Assembly (NCBI GenBank): GCA_910592345.1
Contig: CAJVPI010000185.1
Coordinates: 1 to 44,571, forward strand
DNA length: 44,571 bases
DNA from: Paraglomus brasilianum
Lineage: Eukaryota
Reading direction: 5' to 3'
Both the position numbers and the translations under genes were made by a program. Under the pieces are notes generated by a model. That model ran no database searches. It saw only the letters and a list, made by a program, of their open reading frames with translations, and was not told the origin of the DNA. Every line of letters starts with the position of its first letter. Position 1 is the stretch's first letter. Shown here piece by piece: positions 11,322 to 23,902 of the stretch.

Positions 11322-14143
11322 TCATGTTGATTCCGTGAATAGGTCTTGGATCTCTTCTAGACTTTTTCCTTTGGTCTCTGGGACTAGCCTGTATACAAAG
11401 ATCCAGCCAAACAACATGATCGTGGCATACAGCCAGAAAGTCCCTGAAAACAACATGTAATTAATTAGCAAAACGCACGTGTACACAATGTACAATTTGT
11501 TATTGAAAACATGGAATACCTGACGCAGTAATAGTCTCGGTCAATGGCAAAAACGTTACAGCTATTGCTAGATTACATATCCAATTTGTCGCTAGACGGT
11601 AATATAAATAATAAATTATTAGAGATAAATCCGTTTGTTTGTTTACAGTCTGTAAGTGCAACTCTTGTCACCTGTCGCAACACCGTTCGCTCTTCCGCGC
11701 ACATTCAATGGAAACAATTCACTCTGTATTAACCATGGTGCATGTCCCAAGCCAAGTGCGTAAGAAGCCTAGTTGATAGAATAGCGAAACGCGTATTCAG
11801 TTACTAATAATTTCAGATATACATAAAGTATTAGATACGCCTGCTCTTACCACATAGAAAACCAAACTTCCTATGGCCAAGAGACTGCTTATTCGACTCC
11901 CTCCGGAGCAACCAATCGGTATTTCTGTGGACTGAATGCTGCCTGCGTCATTACAAACCCCAAGTTTTATATCAAAGTTGCATCTTTCATCTAGTCGACA
12001 TGCTCCACAGCTTGGTCCATAATCTGTACAACTTGGTTGCTTTGGTACAAAACCTGTTATAGTAATGAAACTAAAGCCAAGGAGCAGAAGCGCAAAAATC
12101 ATACAAAGCATCGTAGAAAGAAGAATTTGGCGGCGTCCGATTGTATCGATAATGTATAATGCGGCGACTGTGGATATGGTAGTATAATATGAATTAGCAC
12201 CGTATCATGTTTCTAAATTCGAAACATTTGATTACCACACCTGTCATGGCGAAGTTTGTCAGTGCAACTGATATAGATACTATAACAGCACTTTTTGCGG
12301 TCTCGAAACCCGCCATTTTCATAATAGTACCCTGTTAAGTATAAGAAATATCCTTGCATGAGTTGATAATCGACCACAAGTCTATAACCAATATAACAAG
12401 TGTTCTACAGATTTTCTAAGCGACAACTAAGTGAACCTGTAAATCTCAACATAAAGATTTTTATAGCTTATCTGAGGCAACTAAAAGCAATGTATGCTTA
12501 CCCCATAGTACATAGCAGTATCAAATCCACTCAATTGTTGGATCGCTTGTAAACCGCACGCAATAATCAATGGCTTAAAGTTTGGGTAACGAACAAGATC
12601 TCTATATGAACCGTTAGCATCCACAGACAAAGTTTCGCGAATTACAGCAATTTCTGTTATAAAACATCACGACGGATAATACCGTTGTCAATAAATAGTT
12701 CATTCATCAACACTATCATTAGTTTCTGTTATTTATACAACATTTCTACCTTCGTTTACAAAGGATTCCGGAGCGCCTGGATATATTTGCCTTAATACAC
12801 CCTTTGCGCCTTCTGGAGACCCATTCCGCACCAAATATCTTGGACTTTCAGGAATAAATGGAAGCGCTGCAAAGGAGAAGATGATAATAATTGAGACATG
12901 ATTGCGGATTTCTGTAAAGAAAAAAAAAGCTGCTTGTAAGCAAGGCGAATAATACCAATTAGTTGGAATATGGCTGGTAGTGCTGATAGACCAAACATCC
13001 ACCTCCAACCGTCTGGTGCGTCGACATAAGCAACACCGACAAAATACCTACAGTCATCGAATTAAACTGATTAATAATACTCTTCGAAATCGACAACTTC
13101 TCCTTCCCAAACATATTACTAACGCTATGACTTGTCCGCCGGTGATCATGAGCACATTAACTGTGACTAATCTTCCACGGGAATATCTGGGAGATATTTC
13201 ACTAATGTACAAAGGGACAACCATTGAAGCTAATCCCACGCCCAGTCCCACGATTATTCTTCCAAGCATAAGAGCTCCATAAGAATTGCAAAATGCCAGA
13301 ATAATAGCGCCTAAAACGAAGATCACAGATGCAAGAACTAGCGTAAAGCGACGCCCTGACGTGTCAGATATATACCCTAAATAAGGAAGAAAGACAGTCT
13401 AGTTTAATAGATAAAGCCATAATAGCAGTGCAGGCAAACGATACATAAGCATTGCTTGTTTGTTTTTTGGCATAATTTCCTGATGCCAAATAACTCACCA
13501 GCACCGAGACCACCAAAAAATGCACCCATTGTCGTTCCTATCAAAGATCATGATGAACGTAAGTATAGAGGTAGACAATCGGATTGATTACATTGCGATG
13601 CTATACTCTACCTCCAACAATCATTCCTTTTTCGAAAGCAGTCATTACAAAATCCTTTTCGATCAATAGCATTGCACTGCTTATCACCCCTGTATCGTAT
13701 CTATTCCAGGGAATGTCCATTAGTAACTAAAATATCGTAACGACTATATAGTGAAACGTCTATTACATCCGTTAACGTTTACTTGAACAGATTAACTAAC
13801 AAACACAAACCATCCGCCAAACGATAAAATCAACAACGGTATGCATTTATCTATCTCTATTCGCCCATATGGTAAGATAAATATATATATTTACCCAAAT
13901 AGAAATCCACCAAGGCTAATAACTACAGCAAGCCACCATAGAAACAAGGTAACCTTTGAGTTTTTCTCCAAATCGTCAAGCAACTCAGAGTCATGGTGTG
14001 GATGCGTAATTTCATTAACAGCCTCTTCTTCAAGAAGACGACTGTATGGCGCTAACGACGGCTGTACAAGTCAAGTGAGTATACTAGATCAAGACTATAT
14101 AGTTGATAAAGATTATATAACATATATTCACCCTTGCTGACAT
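11322..14143 (-). CDS. MFS sugar-porter, myo-inositol transporter-like (ITR/HMIT/INT type), many exons
   Basis: [96 protein letters not shown]; Cys-rich loop between late TM helices. Confidence 0.88.
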
Positions 14144-15847
14144 GATTTTTAGATACTAAGACCAAGACGCTGGACACAGATTGTTTATGTTTACGTAATA
14201 CATTGTGTTCTGAATATCTACATGTTTGCTCTCATATGATGGATAAGGCTCAATCATTTATTTATTCAGTCAATAACAATATGCAGCGCGCTACGCTAAC
14301 AACAATATCAATTTACGGTAATTGAAAAGCCAGCCTTGAATTACGTTGAGAATTCCAGGTTCTCTGTTGTGATCTAGCCGACACGAATGAAGATAGAATT
14401 TGAGTATATCACATGTTTAGAGCAGTTTATTTAGCAACCGGGAATGGTACCAAGCTTAGCGCCCTTATTGTACAATTAAACTATGCTTCGAGTGACTATA
14501 AAAATCAATGAATTAATTATTCGCGTCTGATCACCTAATGCTAGGATCGTAAGAAAGCAAGAGAATGGGAAGAAAAACGTTCGCGTAGGGCAAGTACATA
14601 TCCACAGTCATCAGTTGATCGCTAATTCTGACAGTCCACCTTCTAAACTTCTACTTTCAAAATTTGAGAATATTTTGCGATTGAAGACCTAACGAACTTA
14701 TTGGATGTCGAACACACAGTACGTGTGTGGATAATCGAACGATAATTTAATCATACGATGAAATTATTGGTTTTTATTATCTCCGTCGTGAGATATGGAA
14801 ACTAATGTTAGACATCGAAACATTCGAATGAAGAGTTTCTATCAAATTATTATAAGACTTCGAAATCAAATGTCGTAGTTCTCTTTTCAAACTGCCAGAT
14901 TGCAAATTGTATATTAGGTATTTAGATGCACTAAATGTCTTGAAAAGTAATAAAATTGTAAAGAGTGGTACCAGTTTACGTTATAATAGCAAGTGATTTA
15001 GATAGAGGTTGTGTAACAGTCTGAAACAGAGTCTAGACCTCGACAACATGATTTCAGGAGTTGGGAATTTTGCAGATTGCTTCGATCGCCAAGTTTGAGT
15101 TACGGCATGACTGACAGAACATCACAATATAATTAATTACGTTCAGCGGTTTTTTTTCATTTTTTTTTTTTTCATCCGAGTTACATCGGGACTAATTAGG
15201 AAGCAAGACCTTTTTCTTGTCTATCATTACTTGTATTAGACTGATTAGGAACAACATCGACATCCGTCAATTCATTATAGAATACAATCTTTATCGTATA
15301 TGGAAATAGAAATGCGATGACTGCTTTTATGTCTATTTCTTCCATAGATGCATAAACAATGATATATCGAAATCATACGTTGACCATTGGATAGCCAACA
15401 TGGCTTAAAAGAAGTCTCGCACAGAATGACGTACGGGACAAAACTGATCTAGTCATAATTTCATTGGCTAATAGATACTAGTTCGAGTATCGTCTATAAT
15501 TATCGTCACAATAAACATTATCAGTCTTCCAGTAATTCAGGAAACGTAAAAACAAGACTTGGAATCTATAAACCTGATAACCACAGAGAGAGAATTTAGG
15601 GAACTATTTCCCGCGGATTTTTTATCCCACAGTAGTATAGAGACTTGAATGGTATGTTTATGCACGCGCGAATGTCTATCATGAGCTAATGACCAGCTCA
15701 ACCAAACCGACTACAGTGAATTTTTATCCTGATTATTTATACAACTTGCATATGATACATATTTAATTGCCAACTGACAGAATGCGCTTACCATGAATTC
15801 CAGCTTCAACGGGGGAAGGGAGAGTATAAGATAACCTATCCCATGCT

Positions 15848-17235
15848 TTATATCATATCACTCTTTTGACAAAAAACTCTAAAGGTAGTGGTTTTGGTTT
15901 TACATTTGGGATCACGTAATTGTTTTGTGTATTCTTTCGAGAAAACTCGAAATTCTTCAGGCGACATTGAAAGACAGTCTATCAGGGATGGGGCTGCAGC
16001 CTCTAATGACTGAATCAGATGAGTAGCCCAGATTTCTCCATCTTTGCCTCCCCATGGACCAACCGCATGTTCTATTTCCTGCCTTACGACATTTAAAGTT
16101 TGTGGATGAGTGCTTAGCAATTTCTCTAATTCGTGGGCGAGACCAACCCAGACGCCTCTATCTTCTAATAGTTGTCTGCCTAATGAAGAGTTATGGTAAA
16201 TCAATTTGTAAGGGTCGAAAAAGAGTCAACCACATGTAATCGCACACAAAGTAGTTGATACTTGGCCCATTCATCTGTAATAATTGCTTACCCGCTTTCC
16301 ATGTGACGGCCAGAGTAGGCGTCGGATCTACTACCTCTACTCCCTGTTCCATCGTTTCAATCCATCCACCAGGTTTGGTTACCCTCATCAACTCGTTTAG
16401 CAACGTATGGTGCCATTCGTCTTTGGTGAATGCTTTATTCAAAAACCTTAGATAGACAAAATCAAAAAAGCCGTCTTCGAATGGGAGTCCCTCAAGCACG
16501 TCGCATGTTAAAAATTGCGTATTTGCTGGTTTGATCTGTGTGGGGTAGGCTGGTGATATGTCGACTCCGATAAAATTTGTTCTTATGAATGTGCTAGCCA
16601 TATCGAGTATCCATGTTCCTAGTGTTACACGAAGGGGGTTTATTTCGACTGATCTGCAAGTGGACGAATGAGACAAGATGTATAATAATAACTCACCTGG
16701 CCCACAGCTGCAATTATGGTGCAAGACCGAAACTAGTTTGTATTTAGAAAGTTCTATTGAAAACAGATGCACAAATATTAAAGACTTGCCTACCCAACAT
16801 CTAAAACATTTATTCCCGAATTCAACGCTTCTTGTACTGGTGCGGAGAAATTTCCCTGTATATCAAGGCAATGATGTATGACATTAGTACGACTTGACGC
16901 GTCTCCACTGCATACGAATCGTTGCGATTGAGCTATGAACCCCGTATTATCACTCCTCAAATCCTTCTTCTCTTTCCTCTTCTCTTCCCTCTCTTACTAA
17001 CATTCCAAGAATTTTTAAGCATGTAATGCATTATATGAAAATAGTCCAACAATGACTCATTGTCTGCATCGAGCACTTTTGAAATTCCATCGTTGTATCC
17101 GTCACTTCTGACTGAACCTTTCGCTGAACTTGCTCCCGATGATGTGGTTGCTAGGGATACTGCACTCGACCTACTGGACAACTTGAATCTCTTCCGCGCT
17201 TTTGTTGTGACCGTTGAACTAAGGTTATTCCCCAT
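15848..17235 (-). CDS. Class I SAM-dependent methyltransferase (Methyltransf_23/25, LaeA-like group)
   Basis: GNFSAPV..VLDVGCGPGTW (completed by an 11-nt microexon), IGVDISP, DVLEGLPFEDGFFDFV, ELMRVTKPGGWIE. N-terminus MGNNLS. Confidence 0.88.
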
Positions 17236-17923
17236 TGTTATCGACGGACAATTGATGGATATTAGTGGTGACAATAGTTTGTATTGAGTTGTGAATACTG
17301 GGGAGATAGAATAGAAATTTGAAGAGTAGGTAGAGTTAAAAGTACGAGAGTTAGTCGTTACTGTGAATTCCGTTAATTCTCGGAAGGATATTTATATAAA
17401 ATACGTATTTGTATGTATTGATATGTACTGTAAAATACATGTTGTGTGTGTGGCTGGAGCGTTGTGCATTATATAATATTATGCAAAGCTGTTTACATTT
17501 CAGTGTCTAATGGATCTTCTTGTTGCATCCAACAATAAGAAATTTTATTTCGTTTTATTCTCACAGTATGACTTCTTTTAGATTCTATATGGCTAACTAA
17601 TAGCGTTAGCATAACAATTCGAATGCGTTCCCCACCCCTCTCTCCAAGGCTAGTTATTATACCGAGATGCCAGATCATTTATTTGAACACGTGATAACCG
17701 AAAACTCTCTCTCCGATACGTGCAACAAAGGGAGTTTTATTAAGCGTTATGTCAGCACGGACATCGGGGGGGGGGGATGCAGAAGTAGTACAAGTAAGTA
17801 ATTTATATTTTTACTGGTCAGCGTTCCCAAACATGGGAATTGGAGAATGTAATATAAATGTGGCTAAAACCGATTTACCAAAACCAGTTTTATTGGTAAC
17901 ATTCGTTACACTTTCGATCATAC

Positions 17924-20623
17924 TCACAATCCAAGTAGATCGTCAATCACATTCGCTACAGAAAGCGTATTGTCTTTGTAAGAAAGTGCAATTAGACACT
18001 GGGTAATAAATACAATTACCCAACTCACCTTTATTAGAAGTTCTCTGGGCGTTATTATTGTTGTTACTACTGGTAGATGATGATGATGACAACTGAATAG
18101 CACCGCGCGGAGGATTATTTTCTAGTTCAAGAAGCCACGAATCAACTGACGACGAACTTTTGGTATTACATAATCAATTAGGTCAACATAGCGTAACGTC
18201 GCACGGACAACATTTTTAATATAGACAAACCTCACTGGTTGTTGCGTCTGGTGCAGCTCTGTACTCTGGGGTTGTAACACACCAATCGGCTGCTGCCATA
18301 ACTGCTGCGACTGGGCTGGTGGCTGCATTGACCCCCACGACGACCACATTTGAGAGCCGTGCGTTGACTCTGACAACGGCTGTGTCAATTCATTAAGTGA
18401 GGACACCAAGTCCGGTACAGCAGAAGATGTCATTGTGGATTGGATATTCTGAGAGGGTGCAGAACCTGTACTACTGAAATCGATCAACAGAGGAGCCTGG
18501 TTCGCCGATCTGTTGGATATTCCCGGTCAGCGAATGAACCAAGTCACATGGGCTAATTAACACAATGGGAATAAATAGCCCTACTGTATGAATAATATTA
18601 TCTTACACTGCTTTATCCGATTCCGCCTGCTCGACTGGAGTGAAGATACCATTTGATATGTTGTCGTATCGTTTTAACACACTATTAATAAGATCGTTCA
18701 ATGACAATAATTTCTCTAAACATATCACAGAAATCGCGCAGATTAGTATCATGCCAATATTCTCTACGTAATGTATAATCGTATGCTCCTTTACCAATGC
18801 TATCCGAATCCTCCTCTTCGGTAATTAACTTCTGAATTTTTGGTTGGACACCCTTGCACGAGGTCATTAGTTCCTGTTACATTATGTTAGATCAGATAGG
18901 CCTGGATGAAAACATCAATCTTGCCTCAAGGATTGCTTAAATTGCATTCTTACGTTAAATACATCATTATCTCCAATCTTTTCCCCCTCCTTAACTCCAT
19001 CAAGCATATCATTTAACAGCGTAGTCTTCCGTCGTATGCGTTCCAATTCTTCAAAAGCCTGTTTCTTGTAATCAGGTTTAGTATCTGGGTCCTGTTACAT
19101 AATGACATCATTCAGGCATATAAGAGTAAATGTAACGACAGTTATCATTAGAAACAACAACTCGAGTGGCCATCCCTTATCGTGATGAATAACATTCCGT
19201 TGTCTCGTTATAAATAATTAATGCTTACATATCCTGCCATTATCTTCATAAGTTCATTTGCTTCTGCAAGATCAGCAGGGGACCCTCTACGGATCAATTC
19301 TTGCAATTTCTATGTATGGTATTCAATGGTATAGGTGGGTAAGGTCACGGAGGAAGTCATACAGAGATATACTTCATTCGTTTTATTGATCTTTACCGCT
19401 GCTTGTGCTGTCCTGTCTTCTTCCTCTAGTTCTTCAGGTGATTTTAAGACCTGTGTTCAGATCACCAAGATAATTGTAAGACCACAATAATAACGGGTAC
19501 AAGAATCCAAGCAGAAACTAACAAACTAATCGTCGTACGGGAAATATTTCGATTCAGTAATAACTGAACTATGGGTGATTTTATTCCCCCCTTTTTTTTC
19601 TGTTGTCCCCAAATTTAGCATCGGTCACTTAACTGTTTTTCATACTTGGTTCTCACTTAAATACTCACTTCAGCAGGGTTCAACACAGACGCCGATTTTG
19701 TATCTACTTCCGGGAATCGATAACCTACGAGCATGTTATTAACATAGAGCAAACTCAATTGCGGGTCCGATTGGTTTTAACATGGCTGTAATTACTTACC
19801 TTTGTAAGTAAGTAGTCGATGCATATCGCTAATATGTAGTAAATCTTCTTTGTACCGCGATGTAACGCACAGCGTAGACTTCCATGCTTGAATAAGTTCA
19901 AGAATTTTCATCTGAATGGGGTTTGGAAAAATCTAAGATACATCGCAACCATCACAATTATCAATAAAGTTAGTGAACAATTTCAAAATCAACACACCGC
20001 CTTAATACTTGACTAACCAGAGGCTTGTCTGGAAACTTCCGAACGAGTTCATTGAGAAACTCTTTTGTTGCTATCTGCATGTGGAATGGATATCCGCAAT
20101 TTTTTACACAGATATCCAATAACTGTTGAATAATTGTATAGAAAATTAGGATGTATTGGTAATCGATGTTTGAAAAAAGAAGCAACATTTACACTGTGAA
20201 TTTAAAATACCGTCAATGCCAACATGGCCACATTGGGGTTGCGATGATTAATCATTTTGACAATATGCATAGCTGCCTCCCGTGGACTGGGGGATCAAAC
20301 CAAACAGCATTGATTTAGGATTAGTTGTTTTTGACTGAAGTTTACACACGAATCCTATAACCACTGTGTTTATTCATACTAATTCTGTTTCTTCTGATTG
20401 ATCACATCTGCAATTTCTAAATCTAAGGCCAAGTTAGGTTCATAGAGAGCCGGATGACATGCTCTTTCTAATAGGTAAAACGTAGTTAGCGGTCAGTGAC
20501 AGTGCACGTTTAATTGGCCATTTATTCACATTCAGTAAAGCACACGACCAGGCTATTGAACCTACCTACATATATTTGGATCAGCGACTTGGGAGGAGGT
20601 CCTTGGGACGAAAGAATATTCAT
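17924..20623 (-). CDS. GGA: GGA-family clathrin adaptor (VHS + GAT domains; no gamma-adaptin ear detected)
   Basis: VHS: EPNLALDLEIADVINQK, LLDICVKNCGYPFHMQIATKEFLNELVRKFP, GYRFP. GAT: LKSPEELEEEDR..AAKLQELIRRGSPADLAEANELMKIMAGY..LLSLNDLIN. Predicted end NVIDDLLGL*. Confidence 0.88.
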
Positions 20624-21678
20624 TTTAAGTGAGCGACAATGTGTGATAGCTAAGATGTAAGCAATATGTTTATCCATATCATGTGACCATACGATGATCC
20701 AATTAATTGGTGAATAAGAGCAAGCAGTACAAACTGCGCTGTATCTTTCCGTAATGAACAATTTGGAATCTTTCTATGACAAAATCTTTCATCATTTCTG
20801 TACAGAAACTATGCTTCTATTATTCCAAAATGGGTAAAATTCCAAATGGGACAATATTAACATTTTAACTGTCTTAATTGTGTTAGATATTGGAATATAT
20901 GAACGATAGGAATATTTACCGTATTTGTACAATTCGTTAATACGTCTGTCTGAATTTATAGCTGATATGAATATTTTTTAAATGTCAGTCTGAATGCGGT
21001 AATGAACGGCTAGGATGAGTGCTTGTTTAATTAGAAATGACACTTGTTCGTATAATTTTCAAAAACGTGTCTGTCCGACATGTTACAAACATGAGTATAT
21101 ATTAGGGATAAACTGCGGAAGTTGTTAATACCGCTGGCCAGACAAAACCCTGTATGAACATCATTTTGGGTCCTGTCGCCGCTGGTAGCAGTATCAACGT
21201 TCAAGCGAATAATTTCTTCATAGAATATTTGGTTACATGATCTCATTAAACATCGTGTTATATAGCAGCAAGTGTTAATATAATATTATTAATGTCGAAG
21301 TATGTGATACCAATTTTCTGTTCTGACATACAACACCGACCGCTAAACTTGTTACTAAGTCCGTGCATATATGTATTCAAGGATATTTAGTAGATGCCGT
21401 CATTGCTTGCTAAAGTTTAAACAAATATGCTAATAATCACAGAGATGTTTTGCCCTATATAGTATACAGTTGACTTGGCCAAGTTTTTCAAATGTAAGAT
21501 TGCCGCATGTTTAGCTACGTACGTACAAGCACATTAGCCACTCCGCTCCCATCTTTAACTGTTGGAACTTGGAACCATTTAAATCACATATTAATATGGC
21601 ATTATCAACAATTTATTCTTGTTCATGACAAGTGAATTGATTATCCCTCAAAAGCTTTTAATTATCATTGTTAAAAAT

Positions 21679-23902
21679 TCATTTCCTTTTTTTAAATGCT
21701 AAAGGTAAAGAAGCAGGAACATTAATGCCACGTACTACAATACTCTTCGGTAGCTTTTCATCCACAATGCTAATGTCATACTTTCGAATGAGTATGGAAA
21801 GTGTCATTTTGATATGTTTACTAGCAAACGATCGACCAGGACACGCGTGTTTTCCTAATCCAAACGACATCGAATCCCTACCGACTTTGGAAAGCGGAGA
21901 TTTGTTGACATGTCGAAACCCGGAGAACTTTTTTGGCTCATCGCCGTGTAGAGATTGATCCTCCTTGTAAGCAATAAGGTTCATAAATACCAGCCGTCCT
22001 AACGGAAGCAAATAACAAATAAGGATGGGCTGTGTCAAACAAAGTTGAAGCGTGAACCCGTACCTTTGGGAATTTGATATCCGTTACTGAAAGTATAAGA
22101 CTTGCTCATTGTACGATGGGGAATAAAAACTATATAAAGAAAGCAGAAAGAATGATCGGAGAGATGTTATTACAAACAGGGAATGATTACATGTTTCCAA
22201 TAGGATACTCACACACATTCCCATCCCCTCTGAGTCGAAGAGATTCTTTGACAAAACTGTCCAATTTTTCCATTTTGTTTACTTGATCCATAGTCAAATC
22301 AGAATCAAGATCTCCCACTACGGCTTCTTGTTCTTCTCTTAGTTCTTTCCAATACTCTGGTCTTGCCGCGTACTCTAAGTGAAGTGAATGTAATCATAAA
22401 TATTTGTCACAGTTTTTACTATATCACGTGAGTAATAGTAACTGTCTTATGGATACATACCATTAAGTGCACTTGTAATACCTCCAGTCGTAGTATGAAT
22501 CGAAGCAAATATGAGTGTTAACAAACGGCATGCGATACAATCGTAGTGGAGTTTACCAAATGTTTCAAGACAATAGTCAATAAGCTGTTGGATAGGATCA
22601 TCCTGTGCGACATGTGCGACAAATGTTTATAAATGAGTGTTTGCAACAATTTTGCGTCAATCACAATACTTACAGGAGGCTTCCATTTATCGCCAAACTG
22701 CTGCATGTCCCTATACCGTTTCTCAAAAATCGGCTTTAATTTCTTTATCAAAAGATCCTTATGGCGCTGTACTGGGTTGTCTCCATAATTAAGAGCAAGT
22801 CTATAGGAAGCATACGGGTTTAAATGAATTAATATGTATTGAACCACTACTATGATATGATTATATTCCGCCTTAATATTATTGACGAGATGTATTTCAT
22901 CTTCCCAAAAAAATTATCGCATTTATCTAGTGACTTACTTGAAGTATTCTCTATAAAGACGAGGGTGAATGGTATATGTAAGTTGAGAAAGGCTTCTAGC
23001 CCGCACTAAGACGGCAGCAAATGTTGCAAATGTCTTCACTATCTCGTCATCTTTACACAAATCCTAAAAGAGAATTAGTGAATGTACCACAGACGTCAAA
23101 ATATACATACGTGTATTACTCACTTACCTCACCAACAATGATATTTGCTACTGCTCGCGAGAGGGCGTATCTTAAACGTTCCTCGGGATCGTTGATCACC
23201 TTAGTCTCCTCACAGTCTCCAATCAGCTGGTCGATACCGCATCGTAGCTCACGATAGCTGCGCGATTGACAATTCTCCACATGTCTGTGAAATCTATCCG
23301 CCTTAATTAAATTAGTCAAACTATCCAAGTAGTCGGGATATAAGGTTGATCCGGTGAGGTAGCCAATTGGAAATCTCTGTTAGATAGACGAGAGCATAAT
23401 TAAGACAGACCAAGCTGTTTTTCTAACGACGATGGATGGTTACACCAATGTACCTACCTCTTCAAATCCATCCCTGAAACTGAAATCAGCAGTCCTAAAC
23501 AATTCGTAGGCTAGACTATTGCTGACAACGGTGTAGACTTGACGATACGAGTAGAAAGAAAATATATCTCCATACTACAAAATCAATGTAGTTAGAAAAT
23601 GCCAAAAGCAAATTGCTATATATCATTGTCATAATACCTGTTCATGGCATTGTTTGACAAATTTACGGGGATTTCGTAAAAACTCGAAAGAATGCCTGAC
23701 CAATGGATATTCGCAAGGTACGAGTGGAGGCTCATTCTATGGGACAAGAATTAGTCCACGTTTGTTCAAAAAGTTCAAGCTTCAAAGACATTATACTCAC
23801 AAGTTCAGGGCGATGGAACCAATAAATCGTTATCAAGAAAACTGCACCAAGAAAGAGCACGTCCAGAGCATAGGGTGAGACTATCGCTGTTAATAAGGTC
23901 AT
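21679..23902 (-). CDS. Cytochrome P450 (CYP512/ent-kaurene-oxidase-like group), about 10 exons, reading frame intact
   Basis: N-terminal TM anchor, NEPPLVP, I-helix LIFASIHTT, ExxR (FVKESLR), FSNGYQIPKG, FSGFRH, heme motif FGLGKHACPGRSFA. Confidence 0.92.

Noticed and set aside
13975..13995. DSELL motif of the transporter as cargo signal for the neighbouring GGA
   Set aside because: Short motif likely by chance, DxxLL binding is established mainly for animal GGAs, and gene adjacency does not imply interaction in eukaryotes.
15848..23902. Methyltransferase + P450 (+ transporter) as a secondary-metabolite cluster
   Set aside because: No backbone enzyme (PKS, NRPS, terpene synthase) is present and the housekeeping GGA gene lies between them.
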